64,000 nucleotides of DNA from Fimbriosthenelais zetlandica (lineage: Eukaryota), in assembly GCA_977030845.1 (NCBI GenBank), contig OZ365113.1, forward strand, positions 19,034,001-19,098,000. The letters run 5' to 3'. Below, in pieces: positions 13,901 to 27,163 of the stretch. The position numbers and the translations under genes are program-made. A model generated the notes under the pieces. That model did not search any database. It had not been told where the DNA came from and saw only the letters and a program-made list of their open reading frames with translations. How positions within the stretch are numbered: the stretch's first letter is position 1; each line of letters begins with the position of its first letter.

Positions 13901-15311
13901 CCAGCATTTACCCCATGACTTGCTGCGGTATTATTGCCGATAATCAGATGGGAATGTTGGCAAGACAAAGTGAACTTTGCCCCTGTAGTTCAAATGATGA
14001 AATGCACTCAGCATCAATGATGCAATCAGGAAGGCTTTCTGTCTCGCGCTATATGTTATGCTAATACACAGTCCACACACAACTATTGTATTATCTCTAT
14101 CTTCCTTTATGTGCCGTTTCTATTTTCCCAACGGCGGAACAAAATGTCACACTTTCAGAAGACTGCACACTTCACTTTTTATCATATTTGTACGATATTT
14201 AAACTGTTCTATTGTTCTGCAAAGAAATCAGTCGGTCATGTACGTTTGGACTTTCCCTATGCTTAATATTTGCCTCGGCGAATATCTTTAAATAGTTATT
14301 TTGAACTCATGTCATTAAAGGCGAGTCTACCTGGGGTTTTTAATGTAGTTAATCTGTTCAATTGATAAATTATAAATGAAAAACTCAATCAACACCCGCG
14401 TCACGAACATTTGTTTTCCCTCAAGAAGACGCAAATTAGAAGTCCATATTGGTTTATGAGCACGATCATCCCACTGCCAGGCAAGCTAATCAAAGCATCC
14501 CCATAGCCATGAACCCTCTATTGACATGGTCCCGTTGGATTCTGGGCAATGAAAGACATCCAAAGTTGGAAGTTTGAGAGGGTGAAATAACACCGCCACT
14601 CGTGATGCATTCTCTCAAATTGGGGATAATTTGAATTTGATTATCAGTTGGAACAGGAGGGTCTCATCCTGCATGACTGTCTAGGCTAGTTTGGATGTCC
14701 CACATTGCACCCAATTCCCATTGTTGAAGTATACATCATATATGAATTATCACAATGGAATTATTGGCCTGTTGCTAAATAAAACAGGCATTTTATATAT
14801 ACACTGAATTGGAATTAGCAATTTTAGAAGATATCTTTATTAGAGCTAAAGGACTCTGTGAGATTTAAACATTGAAGGGGTGGATTATCTTCAGATCCCG
14901 AAATATCAGGTGTGCCTTACTGTAGTCATCCTCCCTTTTGAACCTACAATGAGTGACTCAGTCTTTCATTCGAGCTTCTCCAGCTCGGCCTCAGAAGTTG
15001 GCTTTCATCTAAACCGCCTTGGTTAACTCCCAGATTGTTTCATCAGTCACAGAGTTTCCTCTTGTGCAGTGAATTTTTAACCGCATTATACATTACCAAG
15101 TTTTCAGCAGGTGCATGCCAATAATGCTACAAAGTTACTTACCCCAGCCATTCTATGACATTAAAGTGAATTGATGTTACATTTGAATTTATTAGGGTAG
15201 AAACGTGTTGTTGTATAAGCAATGGTAATCGTTTTTCCTCGAAGGGTTGCTTCAAGTGTGTATTTTCCATTGAGATATACCTTACAAGCCTCACCCCCCG
15301 AGTGTTGCTGA

Positions 15312-15653
15312 GGTGTGAGGTTGGGGGATGGCAGAGTCCATGCTCGTTTGAGCTCAGGACGAACAAAGGTGACTGGGGAGGAAATTGAATTTTCTTGCCA
15401 AAAGACATGGAGCTTTGAGGATTGTATTATCATCCACGGCGAGTTTGCTCCTGGCTCCTGCCATTGGAATTGCATCTTTGAAAGAGGTCTTTGCAACAGA
15501 TATTGCCCCTGAGTTATAAGGCGTGTGATGGCCATGCAGGCTTGTTTTGGGGTAGCTGGTGTCAAGCACTTGGACTATCACAAAGCCTTCGATTCTGACA
15601 CACGTCAGTATGTTCGATGTTCCGATAGGCAAACGCTCGGAGACAGGCAATGA
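15312..15653 (+). mobile_element. Possible very old non-LTR retrotransposon (RT) relic
   Basis: A 114-codon frame with one internal TGA (15510-15512) contains HGEFAPGSC and HLDYHKAFDS, loosely like the LINE RT motifs QHGF...GRSC and LDFSKAFD. The spacing is imperfect. Confidence 0.2.
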
Positions 15654-16921
15654 CAAAAGGACATTGGTCTTACCTTCTATTGTCCAATGTCATCTGCTCT
15701 CTCAATAAAGAGATGACTTTTGTTTGATAGTGCTGACGCCTTTTTCAATGGATGTTCCTTCCTATTATTACCTCAAGCAGGCCCACTTCCCTGCCATCCC
15801 TTCATCCCCTCCATCATGGCCCACCCTTTTCCAGCCTTCACGGGAATCTGACTGCATGCGTTAGTTTGATACAAGTTTTTACAAATTAGGTTTTATGTTG
15901 CAGACATTGACCATGAAATTTCACATTATCAAATTATGAAATCATGAGGCCTTATGATAAGTCACCCCAACACTGCCCCTGTTCCTACACGCCCTCTCCT
16001 AACCCACCATATCACATCATCTCATCATTGCCACACATTGCCGTAGGCATTCTGCTTTTGATATTTTCATGAAAACTTGTGATCCGACCTCAGTTGACAT
16101 CCATTGTTGGCCTGGACGTCAGGAGCGGTGAGTGACGTCTCAACACGTCCATGTGAGGCCTGCTTGTCAGACGTCTGTATCAAGCTGACGGAGCCTCTGG
16201 CGGCGTGTGTTATCAACTAAAGGCCCTTTCAGCGCCCCCGACCGCCCGTGCCCACTGACAACCTAATCATGCCATACAAGCCCCGCCACTAGCCGCCAGT
16301 CTTTGAAGTGAAGACTGATAGGACGTTTACAGTTGCAGATACTAGCCGTGGGTGCCACGAACCAGTTCTTTTTTGTTTGATGAACAGGTTTGTGATGAGC
16401 ATGTAGAAAATGCAGATATATGTGCGATGAGTGCAGGGATTGATATATCTAGTCTCCACAGAGCACATTCTGTAGATGTTTGGGGTGGTTTCTTTCTGTG
16501 TGGGAGACGTTGATATGATCATGTCAAGTGCCAATAAATAAAAACATGTAGGCTCGTACCTCAGACTTAGGTCCGTAATCTTACATATGGTTTATTTATT
16601 AGAGACCACACGGCGGTATCACAAATAGATATTTGTGACACTTTTACGATGGAATAACTTGGGTTTCAGTCACCGATTATCTGGGTCCCATGTGGTGTAC
16701 TTGGATATATAGTAATACATTGTCAGTGTGCCGATGGAGGCGCCAACATTGTGTTTAACTTCAAATGCTTTGTTCTCCATTCAAAAGGTCATGATTTGAC
16801 TGTAACCTTGCCAATCGTCCAATAATAAGACCCAGTCTATTGTATCCTAGTAGGATCAGCCTCAGTCACAGAGTCGCTGAACACAGATGTTTCCAAGTTT
16901 TCGACCTTCACTTAATGTTAG

Positions 16922-17005
16922 CCCCAAAGCTCAACCCCCAGCCCCCTCTCTACCTCCACCCCAGCCCCCCACCAACCCCCACACCCGCACCCCAGCCCCA
17001 AACCC
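16922..17005 (-). other. Dense C-tract array (G4 potential on - strand, i-motif on + strand)
   Basis: About ten C3-6 tracts in 84 bp. Confidence 0.6.
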
Positions 17006-17699
17006 TTTGCCTCAGGCTTCATAAAAGTCACCCTTGTTGTCTCCGTAAAGGATGAAAAGTCAAATTTACTCAAAGAGGCCAAAGAAATGGGACAATTTCC
17101 CCATGCCGCGGTGGGCGCTTCCTTGCTTAAGGACAGGCGAGGGAAGTAGTTTAATTACGGCCCTCGGGCCTTACTTCCTATTGTGACCACAAAAAAGAGG
17201 AGGTAGAATTAGGTCCAAATACTGACCCTGGAAGGAGCACAAACTCAACCGATTCAAGCTTGTTAGTCCGGCACCAAGGCTCTTACTCCTAAACACTGGG
17301 CTATTTTTCTGCTCTCTTTTTTCTATTCGTCTGTAAAATTTTGTTGAGTTCGTGTTGTCGTACCCTGTTGGATGATCTAGAGGATCTAAGCTCTGTCACT
17401 CCCCTCACCGATTGACGATTTTATCACACTTCCTACTTTGATGGTGATAAAACACCATTTCTATTAGGGAGAGGACCTTTCATTATCTTGACTTTTACCC
17501 TTTGTTACTATTTTAATCTGCCCAGTATCTTTTCCTTTTATACATTATTTTTCCATTTATTTTATTGCTAAGAATCTCTAAACATCATTATCAAAAGGTC
17601 CCTTTTCTAATGACCCTTTCACCAAATATAATTTAAGCGAACGGTCTGAAATAATTATGTCAGTTGATAAATTTAGCCAAGGATCGTCTGGTGCGAGAC

Positions 17700-18055
17700 G
17701 ACGAAGTGACGTCATTTACGACGTTCTTTCCACGTCATTTAGTTCGATATTGCTTCGACCAATGAAAACATCGCTCGGTGGCCTCAAGAAACGCCAAGAT
17801 GTCAGGATGAAAAGCGAAAAGATCAAGTTTTGTGAACTCGCGGTTATGTCGGGCAGTCGACTTTTGGCAAACTTTGACAGCGCCTAGTGCCAAGGCCGTG
17901 TGTTGTTGGCCACCAGCCATAAAGTTAGGGAAGCCGCCATGGCGCTGTAAACTGGCGGGCAAGACATGAACTACAACACAAGTAGCCATGTTGTTAGTGT
18001 AGAAAGTCCTTGAGTGGGGATAAGCTATAGTGAGATATAGTGGTATATATATAGG
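17700..18055. promoter_or_regulatory. CpG-rich promoter-like module (CRE, CCAAT, YY1/Kozak-like, ACTACAA, TATA-like)
   Basis: TGACGTCA 17707-17714, CCAAT 17759, GCCGCCATGGCG 17933-17944, ACTACAAC 17970, TATATATATA 18044. It could instead be a transposon-internal relic. Confidence 0.4.
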
Positions 18056-21000
18056 CGGGAGATAGTTTCACTTGGATGTATGATAAAATATGGTTCCTCC
18101 TTCTGAATGTGGCCTTGGTATATATGATCTACTCTTGACTCTCATCTAGAGGAAGTTATGAATCATGTTATTCATGTTATCATAACGGCGATTAGCCTCT
18201 CTGTCAACGCCATCGCCTCTTAGTGTCCCTCCTAGTATTGAGTGACGTGTTAGATATGATGCTGCAAGTGCTTGTTTTGTTTATGAATATAGATATAAAC
18301 AACAAAGTTACTTTTCAGATACTTTTGACTGAGTTATTTAAGACATGCTGCCTACGTGTGCATACGTCTAAGTATCTAAGTATTTATTGTACCTTTGACC
18401 ACCAGAAAATGATTAAAAATGTTAATAAAGACCATCACAGTGTCGTTACCTAGAAACAATGACTGTGACGTCACATAGCGCAATACTGGACAAATTATGG
18501 CACTCTGATGCCAATACCAGACTCCTATGTTAAAGCTATGAGAGATCAGTACCAAGGGTATAATAAACTGATGGACTTGTTGATTCTTTTAGAAAATGAA
18601 GCTCAGTCATAGGCTGGGCTGAAGCTATAATGTGGCGTTGTCTGGTGTTATTTTCAATTAGCCGTGAGGAAATCAGCCGTTTATATGGCCTTAATTATTC
18701 TGACTAGGTTCAATAGCTGCCGCTGATTGTGGGAAGACGAGCATTGATATAAGAGATAAATGCTTTTTGTCATCCAGATTAAGGGTCAAATGTTAATAAT
18801 AAGGCTTGATTAATTAGATCCAGCACAAATATCCAGTGTCATGTTTTGTCTGGGCTGAGGATATGTTATAACTAGGTGCCTACAAACGCTACGATAAAAC
18901 TAAATGAGGGTTGCATCAAGGCGGATGGATTGCCAGAACACAAGTGCCCTGTGCATGGTTAGTTTCATGAGTGGCGGAGCGTAGCGTATATAGCCATGTG
19001 TGACATTCACGTTGCTGAGGGCACTAGTGCAATCTGCACCATCGTATTACATGGCCAGATTAGCACAGATTTTGTGACTCCATGGGTGTCATGGACCATT
19101 TCATTAATAGGCCCTAATGTACATTGACCTCCACAAAATAGTTATTTAAATAGAGTATAACATGTACAACTTTCAAAATAAGGATCTGAACCTATCAACG
19201 GTTTGGGCTTTTCATGGATATCATTACTTTCTATCGGACAATCCTTGCTACCTTGTTATTCTAAGGATCCTCATTTCACTTATGCAATGGCGGACTGGTG
19301 ATTCCACTTTTTTCTACTCACCCACGCATCTTTGCCTCTGCCATCCCCTGCCCCTCCTCCTTCCTGTGAGGTATATTGTATTGTAATGTGAGTTTACCTG
19401 AGCTGATGTCCAATTATTACATATCTGACATTACTTACTCAATGAGTAATTACAACCACGCATATAACGGTCTCACCATCTTATGAGAAAGACCAGTCAC
19501 TTAAATATCGGCCAGTTTGTCCTGACATGACTGGTCTTCTCTGCTTGGTCATTCTCATAGCTTTATTTAGCCATACTTAGCTTTATTAGATACTATGCTA
19601 TTACACTCAAGTTAATTTACTTTGACGACCAATGTCCATATGTATAGGACACATGTTCATATGTAGGCCTATAGTCTATTCATACATTTCATGTTATTGC
19701 GTCTTGCAAAACAGGTGTATTTTACGCCCTCCCAGGGTTATTGAGTATAGCCATGAAAAAATATTAATTTACTAAAGCAAAATTAAATGTAGACAATAGT
19801 CTAGCATGCCGTAAACTCAATATCCTTAGTTTACATAATGGTACGCTTTAACACTTCAAGCCATAATATTGTATTCAGATTTATTCAAAGTTGTTTCATT
19901 ATTATTGACATGGTAAACAACGAACTGGGAAACAAGGGTTTCCGAAAATGGACCTTAGCCCTATAGTCCCGGAATATGGCATATTTCTGCCAGGCATTCA
20001 CATTTGACATAATATATCGTTATCAGTAGGTTCATTGCCAATCATCTTCGCCATGAATATAGTCGTAGCAGCTGGCATGGCGTTAAATCACCATTCACTC
20101 ATTGCCAATCATGTAAAGCTCATACCTGACCCTAACTCTTTGCTTGCAACATTCGCCTATAAAAAACTGACAAATTTATTTACAAATGAACAAGGACATC
20201 TCACATCATTTCATTCTCGGGCAATGTTGATGAGAAGTGATAATCATTATTGCTCTTGATAACACATATTCAAACCGTTTAATAGCCCACCGCGCCTAAT
20301 ATTCTTGAGCAGAAGGGTGAGACATGTCGATTTATAGATTATGACCGGCCTATATAGACATATCTTGCAGGATCGAGTTACAAATGTGTAATTGATCATA
20401 AAGTGAAAGTAAACGGAACGGGGGTAAGAGGAGCCAGGTCCTATAGACAGGACGGTAGCCTTTGTTTACAGCTAGTGCGCGCCCTGTCTGTTTCATGGTT
20501 CATCTCATGACAGATCTTTGCACGATTTACACCTCCCATGTTTAATATATATCCCACAAACCTGCTACATCTGAACTTACTGTTAAGCTGGATTAACAGC
20601 CAAACTGTGACCAAGTTAATACATGTATGCCGAGCTCAAGGCGTGCTAACTTCATGCACTCTCTTCATCTGATTGAATGCATAATTGAATTCAGCTTTGA
20701 ATGGGATTGCGTCAAACATGCCATAGTATGGAAATGTATTCATAAATTATAGAAATCGTTTGTGAAATAACTTGTCAATTTATCTATAAAACAATGTCAT
20801 GATGCATTTGAAAATGACTGAATATCAAAATTCATCGGTAAAAGATTATAAAGTATAGACCACACATTATTTCTTAATATTAAAAAAAACACAAGTAGTG
20901 ATTCTTTTTAGGCACTTTCTTTATACTCATTCCTTTTCCTCCATTTCCATCGATTTGTGGAGGCAAAAGTGCGATTGCCAAACCAACATGCGGTCTTTAT

Positions 21001-23609
21001 CCCGCAATCATGCCATTCCCAGACAAATTTCCCACTGTTTATATATAATACAGGTGCGAAAACCATTGATCCCCCACCTGTCTGGCTCGGCCCGATAATT
21101 TGATTCGCCTAGCCTTCTTTGGACTTCCATGCCTTCATTGATGGTTGGGGAACTTTTCTGTTGTCCAATATCTTGCTCAAATACCATGGCCAGGTTTTTT
21201 ATCATTGCCATTCACTTATTGCTGTGTTATTTGTTGGGATTGTTGATTGCCCGCGGTTTGGCATTGGGGCTGAGGGCTGACTGGTGGGTATAGGGTGGAG
21301 ACTATAGAGGATGGATCGGGATAGCGCACATGAGGAGTAACTCAAGGCTCGTCTCAGCCTCTTGGAGGTAATAGCTTATATTCTCCATCTACTCATGCAA
21401 GTGCTGACGCAACCCATCCCACCAGCAAAAACCCCCTATCATGTACACCCCTGATCTTATGGTCACTTTGAAGTTACCTTTGGAACCGAAAAGAGTATGA
21501 TAAATCATACAACCATTATTATCCAATCATTTTATTTGAAACTTCAATGTAACTTCGTAAATGGTAGATCTTTATGTCAACTTTATTTGTAATGTCTACA
21601 TGGTATATCACAGGATTTACTGCCAAGTTCTTGTCATAGAATTTCACGTACGTTTCATGTGGGCCTATATAGGCCTAAACCGTATAGGTGCTTTATAATT
21701 ATATTGATTGTAATTCAGTTATGAATACACCCCTACTCTTTTGGAGCACACTGCAGTCTGCAGTGATCTATAGAGCACAATTATGTGAATGTGACAAAAT
21801 GCTTACAACTTTATGATTTAATCTATTAGGCAGTGTCATCATCGCTTTATGCTCAGGTTTTTACTCTCCGTCCCGCATTTGGTGTAAGCTGAGCAGACAT
21901 GTAGATGTCTCCATTCTGTTGTCCTCTTCCCTCACCCACCATCTCCATATGATATATCACTAGAGGCGGGCTGGACCAGACAACACAGGTGTGTAGGTTT
22001 GTCTAGGGCACACAAAGGATCGGAGCAGGAGACATTGTCCTGCAGAGCAGCTCTCTAGCGGCTCTCAGAGCCAGCAGATTCCGCCACTGCCATTCAGAAC
22101 ACATCCCATAAAGAATGAGAAAACCAAGATGATCTCTTTCGACATGATTATACAATCACTAGTTAATCATGCAAGAAAATGTAAATATCAGTAAATCACT
22201 AGTCAGGTTACCTTAAAACTACCTAAACATCCCTGAGCATCCCTACCTGTATAAATTAATCTGAAAAGCCCCGCAATCATATATTGGCCGTATACATAAT
22301 AGTTAAGACGTCGCTCGTCCTCCATTGTCCCTTCTCCATTTTTGTGGACGTATTTACTAAATGGGCTTTTACAACTTACAAAATACCCTTGCCATAGAGT
22401 ATGGCTCCATTTGTAAGGCTCAGACTCGGGCTGGATGGCTAAGCTACCTGGTTGCCATGGTGTAGTCATGCACAAGTTCCTGCAACCATGCACTGTCTAT
22501 AGAAGGGCTGGGCAAGCTATTTCAACACTGGACGCCTTGAAGCGTATATGTATACATACGCTTAAAAAACCACCCTCCGATTGAGCGTCCCTATCCTGTC
22601 ACGATAGCCGCATCATTGAACATTCTTGAAGAAAATAATCTCATAAAAACAACAACAATCTGTGGTCAGTTTAATTTGCTTGTGTGTAGTTGTAGTCGGA
22701 GTAGTCGTTGTTAATTTTAGAGGACTAGATTTGCCTTGCTTGGGATGCAAACTTGATCGTAGGAAAATGTCTTTAGTTTTCAATGACACATACTGTGAAC
22801 CCTATAGCTTATTACTTTCTATTTCTCATATATAGGCCATTCATGAACGATTATAGAAATAGCCATTAAAAGGGGAGCCATATACATGTATATACTTGTC
22901 GAAGTTACGAAACAATGATGAAATAATTTCAAATTTTAATAAATTCTAACAACGGTGAAAAGTACTTTCATTATATTTCCAGACGTAAAGTGATATCAAT
23001 TTCGAAAACAATCACATTAAATGATTTCCGTTTTTGTTTTTTCAGCGTACCGCATTGAAGATTCCGTCCATTCGTTTTCATATCGTCGGTAAGTGTTTTA
23101 TAACACGATAGTACTCGCCCATAATGAAGCGCGCTACAGTCCATTACAGCGATTGCTTCACCCTGAGATCCCGCTCGCTTCCTTTTCACCGTTTCGCATG
23201 CAATACCTCTCTTGATAATTCTCTTGAGTGAGAAGTTGAACCATCAATTGATACATGTATACATGTAGTTGATTTGTAGTTGACAGCATACGAACCAATG
23301 AGTTAAATATTCTAGTATATATTTTGAAGTATATCGAATATCGTACTTGGGAGAATGATACATATGGTGTGATTATTACATTGGGATTTCGAGGTCGATG
23401 AGCGAGAAACCTTAGCGCATGAAGCCCGACAAAGAAATATACATGTATAACCACTTGGAGTTATGGCATAGCAATTAGTAGTGACTTTCCTCAGTCAAGG
23501 TTAATATTTAAAGACCCGTGCATATGGGACTAAAAATTGCTGATGAAAAAAATAACAAACATGTGGAAAAAATATTGAATCAAGGAATTGTATTTGAAAA
23601 GATGAAAGG

Positions 23610-23720
23610 GAGGCCGCCAGGTGTTACAATTGGTGCGTGAGGGCGTGGTTTAAATCCCGCGGGGGGCGTGACGTGGGCGATACAGATCCCCAGCGCGCCG
23701 CTCGAGTAATCAGCAAACAC
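23610..23720. promoter_or_regulatory. GC-box/CCAAT/CRE-like promoter-type cluster
   Basis: ATTGG 23629, GGGCGTGG 23641, GGGCGTGACGTGGGCG from 23664; a CpG-dense patch in AT-rich surroundings. Confidence 0.35.
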
Positions 23721-26309
23721 TCACACCTCTCACCGTCTTCATACAGGCGATGAACCAACAACGCATGATCACATATTAATTACATGTGATGCCAAATTGA
23801 TACTCATAATTGCGGTCCAAGGCCGCCACTTTGATATCAATGTCTTGGATTAATTTGAGTGCATGTAGAGTACTCGAGCGTCACGGATGAGTGGGTCCAG
23901 TAGAACTGATATGCTTTCCGTTTCATTAGATTCTCCTCCCAAACATACCTGGCCATACCTGCAGGCACTCCATGCATAAAGGGACCGGGTGCTTAATCAC
24001 TGTGGACCTACCACTATTTTCAATTTCATTTATATTTAAGAATTTCCTAATTATGATTACGAACCCTTTTGTAACCCCTTATTCCAGGCACCTATCGCCA
24101 ACTTAGCTAGTGGGTTAATATTCCATTGCAATGATGAATCACCAGAAAGGATTATTTTGAAACAAAGCTTTATGCAATAAGGGGATTTAATTTCTTAGGA
24201 GAAGCAGTCTTTTACATAGACAGTATACAGGGCATGTGCATACATGTAGATGTAGTATAGAAAAAGATCAGTTTGTCACTGGATACCAATAGGAAACATA
24301 AATACCAAATGGCAAATGGCAAATTGCATACATAACTTTGGTGTCTATTTTGAATGTGACTGGTCTACACTTCCCTGTCGAATGTAAATTAACGTTCATT
24401 TTTAAAATTCTTGAATTTCTCAAATATCTGCAAAGTAACTATATCAACATTGTATTTTGAATTACACCTATGTATGCTACTGTCTGGATTTTGCTGTATT
24501 GCCGGATTATGGGGTAAGAAACAGGATACCCCATGTTTTTAATCATTAATTTGTAAAAAAAAAAAAACAATCCCTCCATCCTTGAAGATTCAATCTCATA
24601 ATGGACAAATGGAAATACTTTCTCCCTACGCTTTATGAATGATTTCATTTACGCTTTTGATATCTTTTCCTGTAACTATATATGCCGGTATGTAATATCT
24701 GTATTTGGATTGTGTCATCTTCAGGATGACTTTACTAATATCAATTTAAGATTTTTAAGAAACTAGTAAACACCCGCGGGAGGACAGTGGATATTTTAAT
24801 CTGCCACCCGCTAACTTTTATTTCTAGCCTTGCTGCAGACAGATCAGGATTTGATTTTTACTTAGAGTGGGGATTTAGATTTAATGTGTGTCTAGGGGCT
24901 CACAATCACCCCTCATAATCCTCGGCCCGGGGAGATTTCTAACTGTCACTTCGCATGTGTTGCTCAAGGTAGATTTTCTCTCTCTGGGTAGGTGCCTGTT
25001 TCATATAAACATTCACGCCATGGGCACAGTATAAGACTACATTTTGTATATGAGTACATTTTGGTGTGCTTAAAAAGCCACAGCATTATCAGACACTTAA
25101 GAAATTATAAGTTTCTTCTCAGTGCTACTTCCGGCAAGTATGATTAACACTCGTTATATGGTATATGACAAATTTCCCATATATTAAATTGGTCTGGTTA
25201 TGAACATTTTTTTGAATATATATTGTGCTATACATTTTGTATATGCCATTCAGGTGGCAGGGGTCTATCTGTACACACGCAATACAAAGTAAAGAGTTTC
25301 ATTGCAAAATACAGTGGCTTCATATTGTTTGGCATTCCCAGCTCAAAGTTGTCCAGCTTTTTCCCTGCTGGGTAGAAGGTTATGCTACACGGGCCACGTC
25401 TAAAAAAAACTATACCCCCGCCCCTTTGCAAAAGAAGCTGACTCCCCTGGAATACTTGAATCTAGAAAATGTTTGAAAACCTTGCATGATAGAAGTGAAG
25501 CATCCAATGAAGGCATGCACGGCCATCTGCCCACCAGGCCCGCGCTTTCCAACTTACCCCTGGTGGCGAATGTTTAAAGCATTGTACTTGATAACTTGTG
25601 AGATAATCAAAGTCCTGGTCAATGATTGCTATACTATATAGGATGAAAACACGAGGGTGTGAAGTTTTCAATCAATGACGTCTTGGAGCACCATTTGTTT
25701 TGGTGGTAAACGACATGTATTATGGAAGCAATGGGGAACCATTGTGTGCCCATTTTATAGCATCATGTGGCGGCATCTGAGGCCCATAACCAATTTCATG
25801 AAGTATATTCACGACATAATATTTTCAAGAAATGCTCGTGGGAATACCAATGTTGGGAATGTGGATAAATTAGCCGTCCTAGCTATATTATATGACTCAA
25901 CAATAATTGAGGAGCCTATTTAGGGGGAATTACATGTATAGTTTTTTTTAGCCTGTCATATATTTGTCTCGCGTGTTTCATAGTATGTATAACTATCAGC
26001 TTTCCTTTTATCCTGATAAAAACGTGAGCATTTATCAATACAAGTGATGTATCTGACAATTAAGTCATACATCCTTTAGGGGAGTGGAAAGACCTGTGTA
26101 TGATTATACTTGATTGGTGTAACAATATTTGATCAATCATCAGAAAATGGCTGCCCACTAACACTAGACTACCTCCCTTGTGAAATAGTCCTTAAAGACA
26201 GTTCAGACGCTTTGGATGGGGTGCCCCAAGCAAAGTCTAGATGCCCTAACGCCTCTCCTTATTGGTCAAAACTCCTAGAAAACAGACATTGGGCGTGGCC
26301 AAGAAGTTG

Positions 26310-26870
26310 TGATTGGCATCCCCCATCTCCTCCTCCGCCTCCTCCTCCTCCTGTGGCGCATTCCATCCTCCAAGTTTTTCGAGGCCAACTTTACGGAGGG
26401 TTGTAGTTGGTGTAATGGCCACCACGCGCCGACTGTGTGCTAGTACTATGAGCGCTTGGGCTGCGACAGGGGCGGGGAGTTGGGAAGAGAAACTCCAAGT
26501 AGTCTCTCTCCATCCTTGCTTTGCTGGAGCTGGCCACTGCTGCCGTTGCAAGTAGTAGTAGTGTTCTCCTGGATCCGACATTCCTAGTACTAGGCACGGA
26601 GGAGTTGTAGATTGACGTACGCGCCACGTACTCCCAGTCCGAGTCTCTGCCCGAACCTACCTTGGTGAGCGGCTCAACTCCCATTTCCCTCTCCCCTTTC
26701 CTCCCGCGCTCCCACCCAGCGGAAGTTCACCTGCACACCATCCGGGGAGACACAGGAGAAAGCACCGTCAACTCTGGTGGTGGTATATACCTGCCGTATA
26801 CCAGGTGCACGGTGTGGGACACCTCACACCCCACCACTTCACCCCTAAGCTTCTCCACGTCATCGATGGA
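26310..26870. promoter_or_regulatory. ~560-bp GC/CpG-rich island, probable promoter or non-coding first exon
   Basis: High CpG density, (CCT)n at ~26320-26352, GGGGCGGGG box near 26470, GCGGAAGT 26719, and donor-like sites on both strands at 26655-26670. The overlapping ORFs show no recognisable family. Confidence 0.4.
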
Positions 26871-27092
26871 AAAAAACTAGGTTGTTTTTGGTCTGAAATG
26901 AACTGAGATCACTTCAACTGGCGCCAAATCAATGAACTCTCATCGATTGGTATTGATAGCAGTTGGAAAGTCAAAGTTTCAAGGACAGCCGGGAGGAATC
27001 CCGGTGGGAAAACACTATACCAGGCGAGATCGTAGACACACTTCATACTTTATAGGGAAAGTGGAAAACTATCTAGGAAATTGTTGAATTCT

Positions 27093-27163
27093 TGCAATTT
27101 CCTTTTAAACCAGTGAACAATCTGACTGCAATTTCCTTTTAAACCAGTGGACAATCTGAATGC
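27093..27163. repeat. 34-bp tandem duplication
   Basis: tgcaatttccttttaaaccagtgaacaatctgac / tgcaatttccttttaaaccagtggacaatctgaa, 32/34 identical. Confidence 0.95.

Noticed and set aside
4085-15920. 19-nt near-identical pair agacatYgaccatgaaatt at 4085 and 15902
   Set aside because: A few such matches are expected by chance in 64 kb of AT-rich DNA, and it does not extend.
22060-22072. GGCTCTCAGAGCC, histone stem-loop-like
   Set aside because: 1-nt loop instead of the required 4-nt loop, and no histone ORF upstream.
24762-24790. ACTAGT followed by CCCGCGGG, Helitron-end-like
   Set aside because: The palindrome is only 8 bp and no other terminus or family evidence was found.
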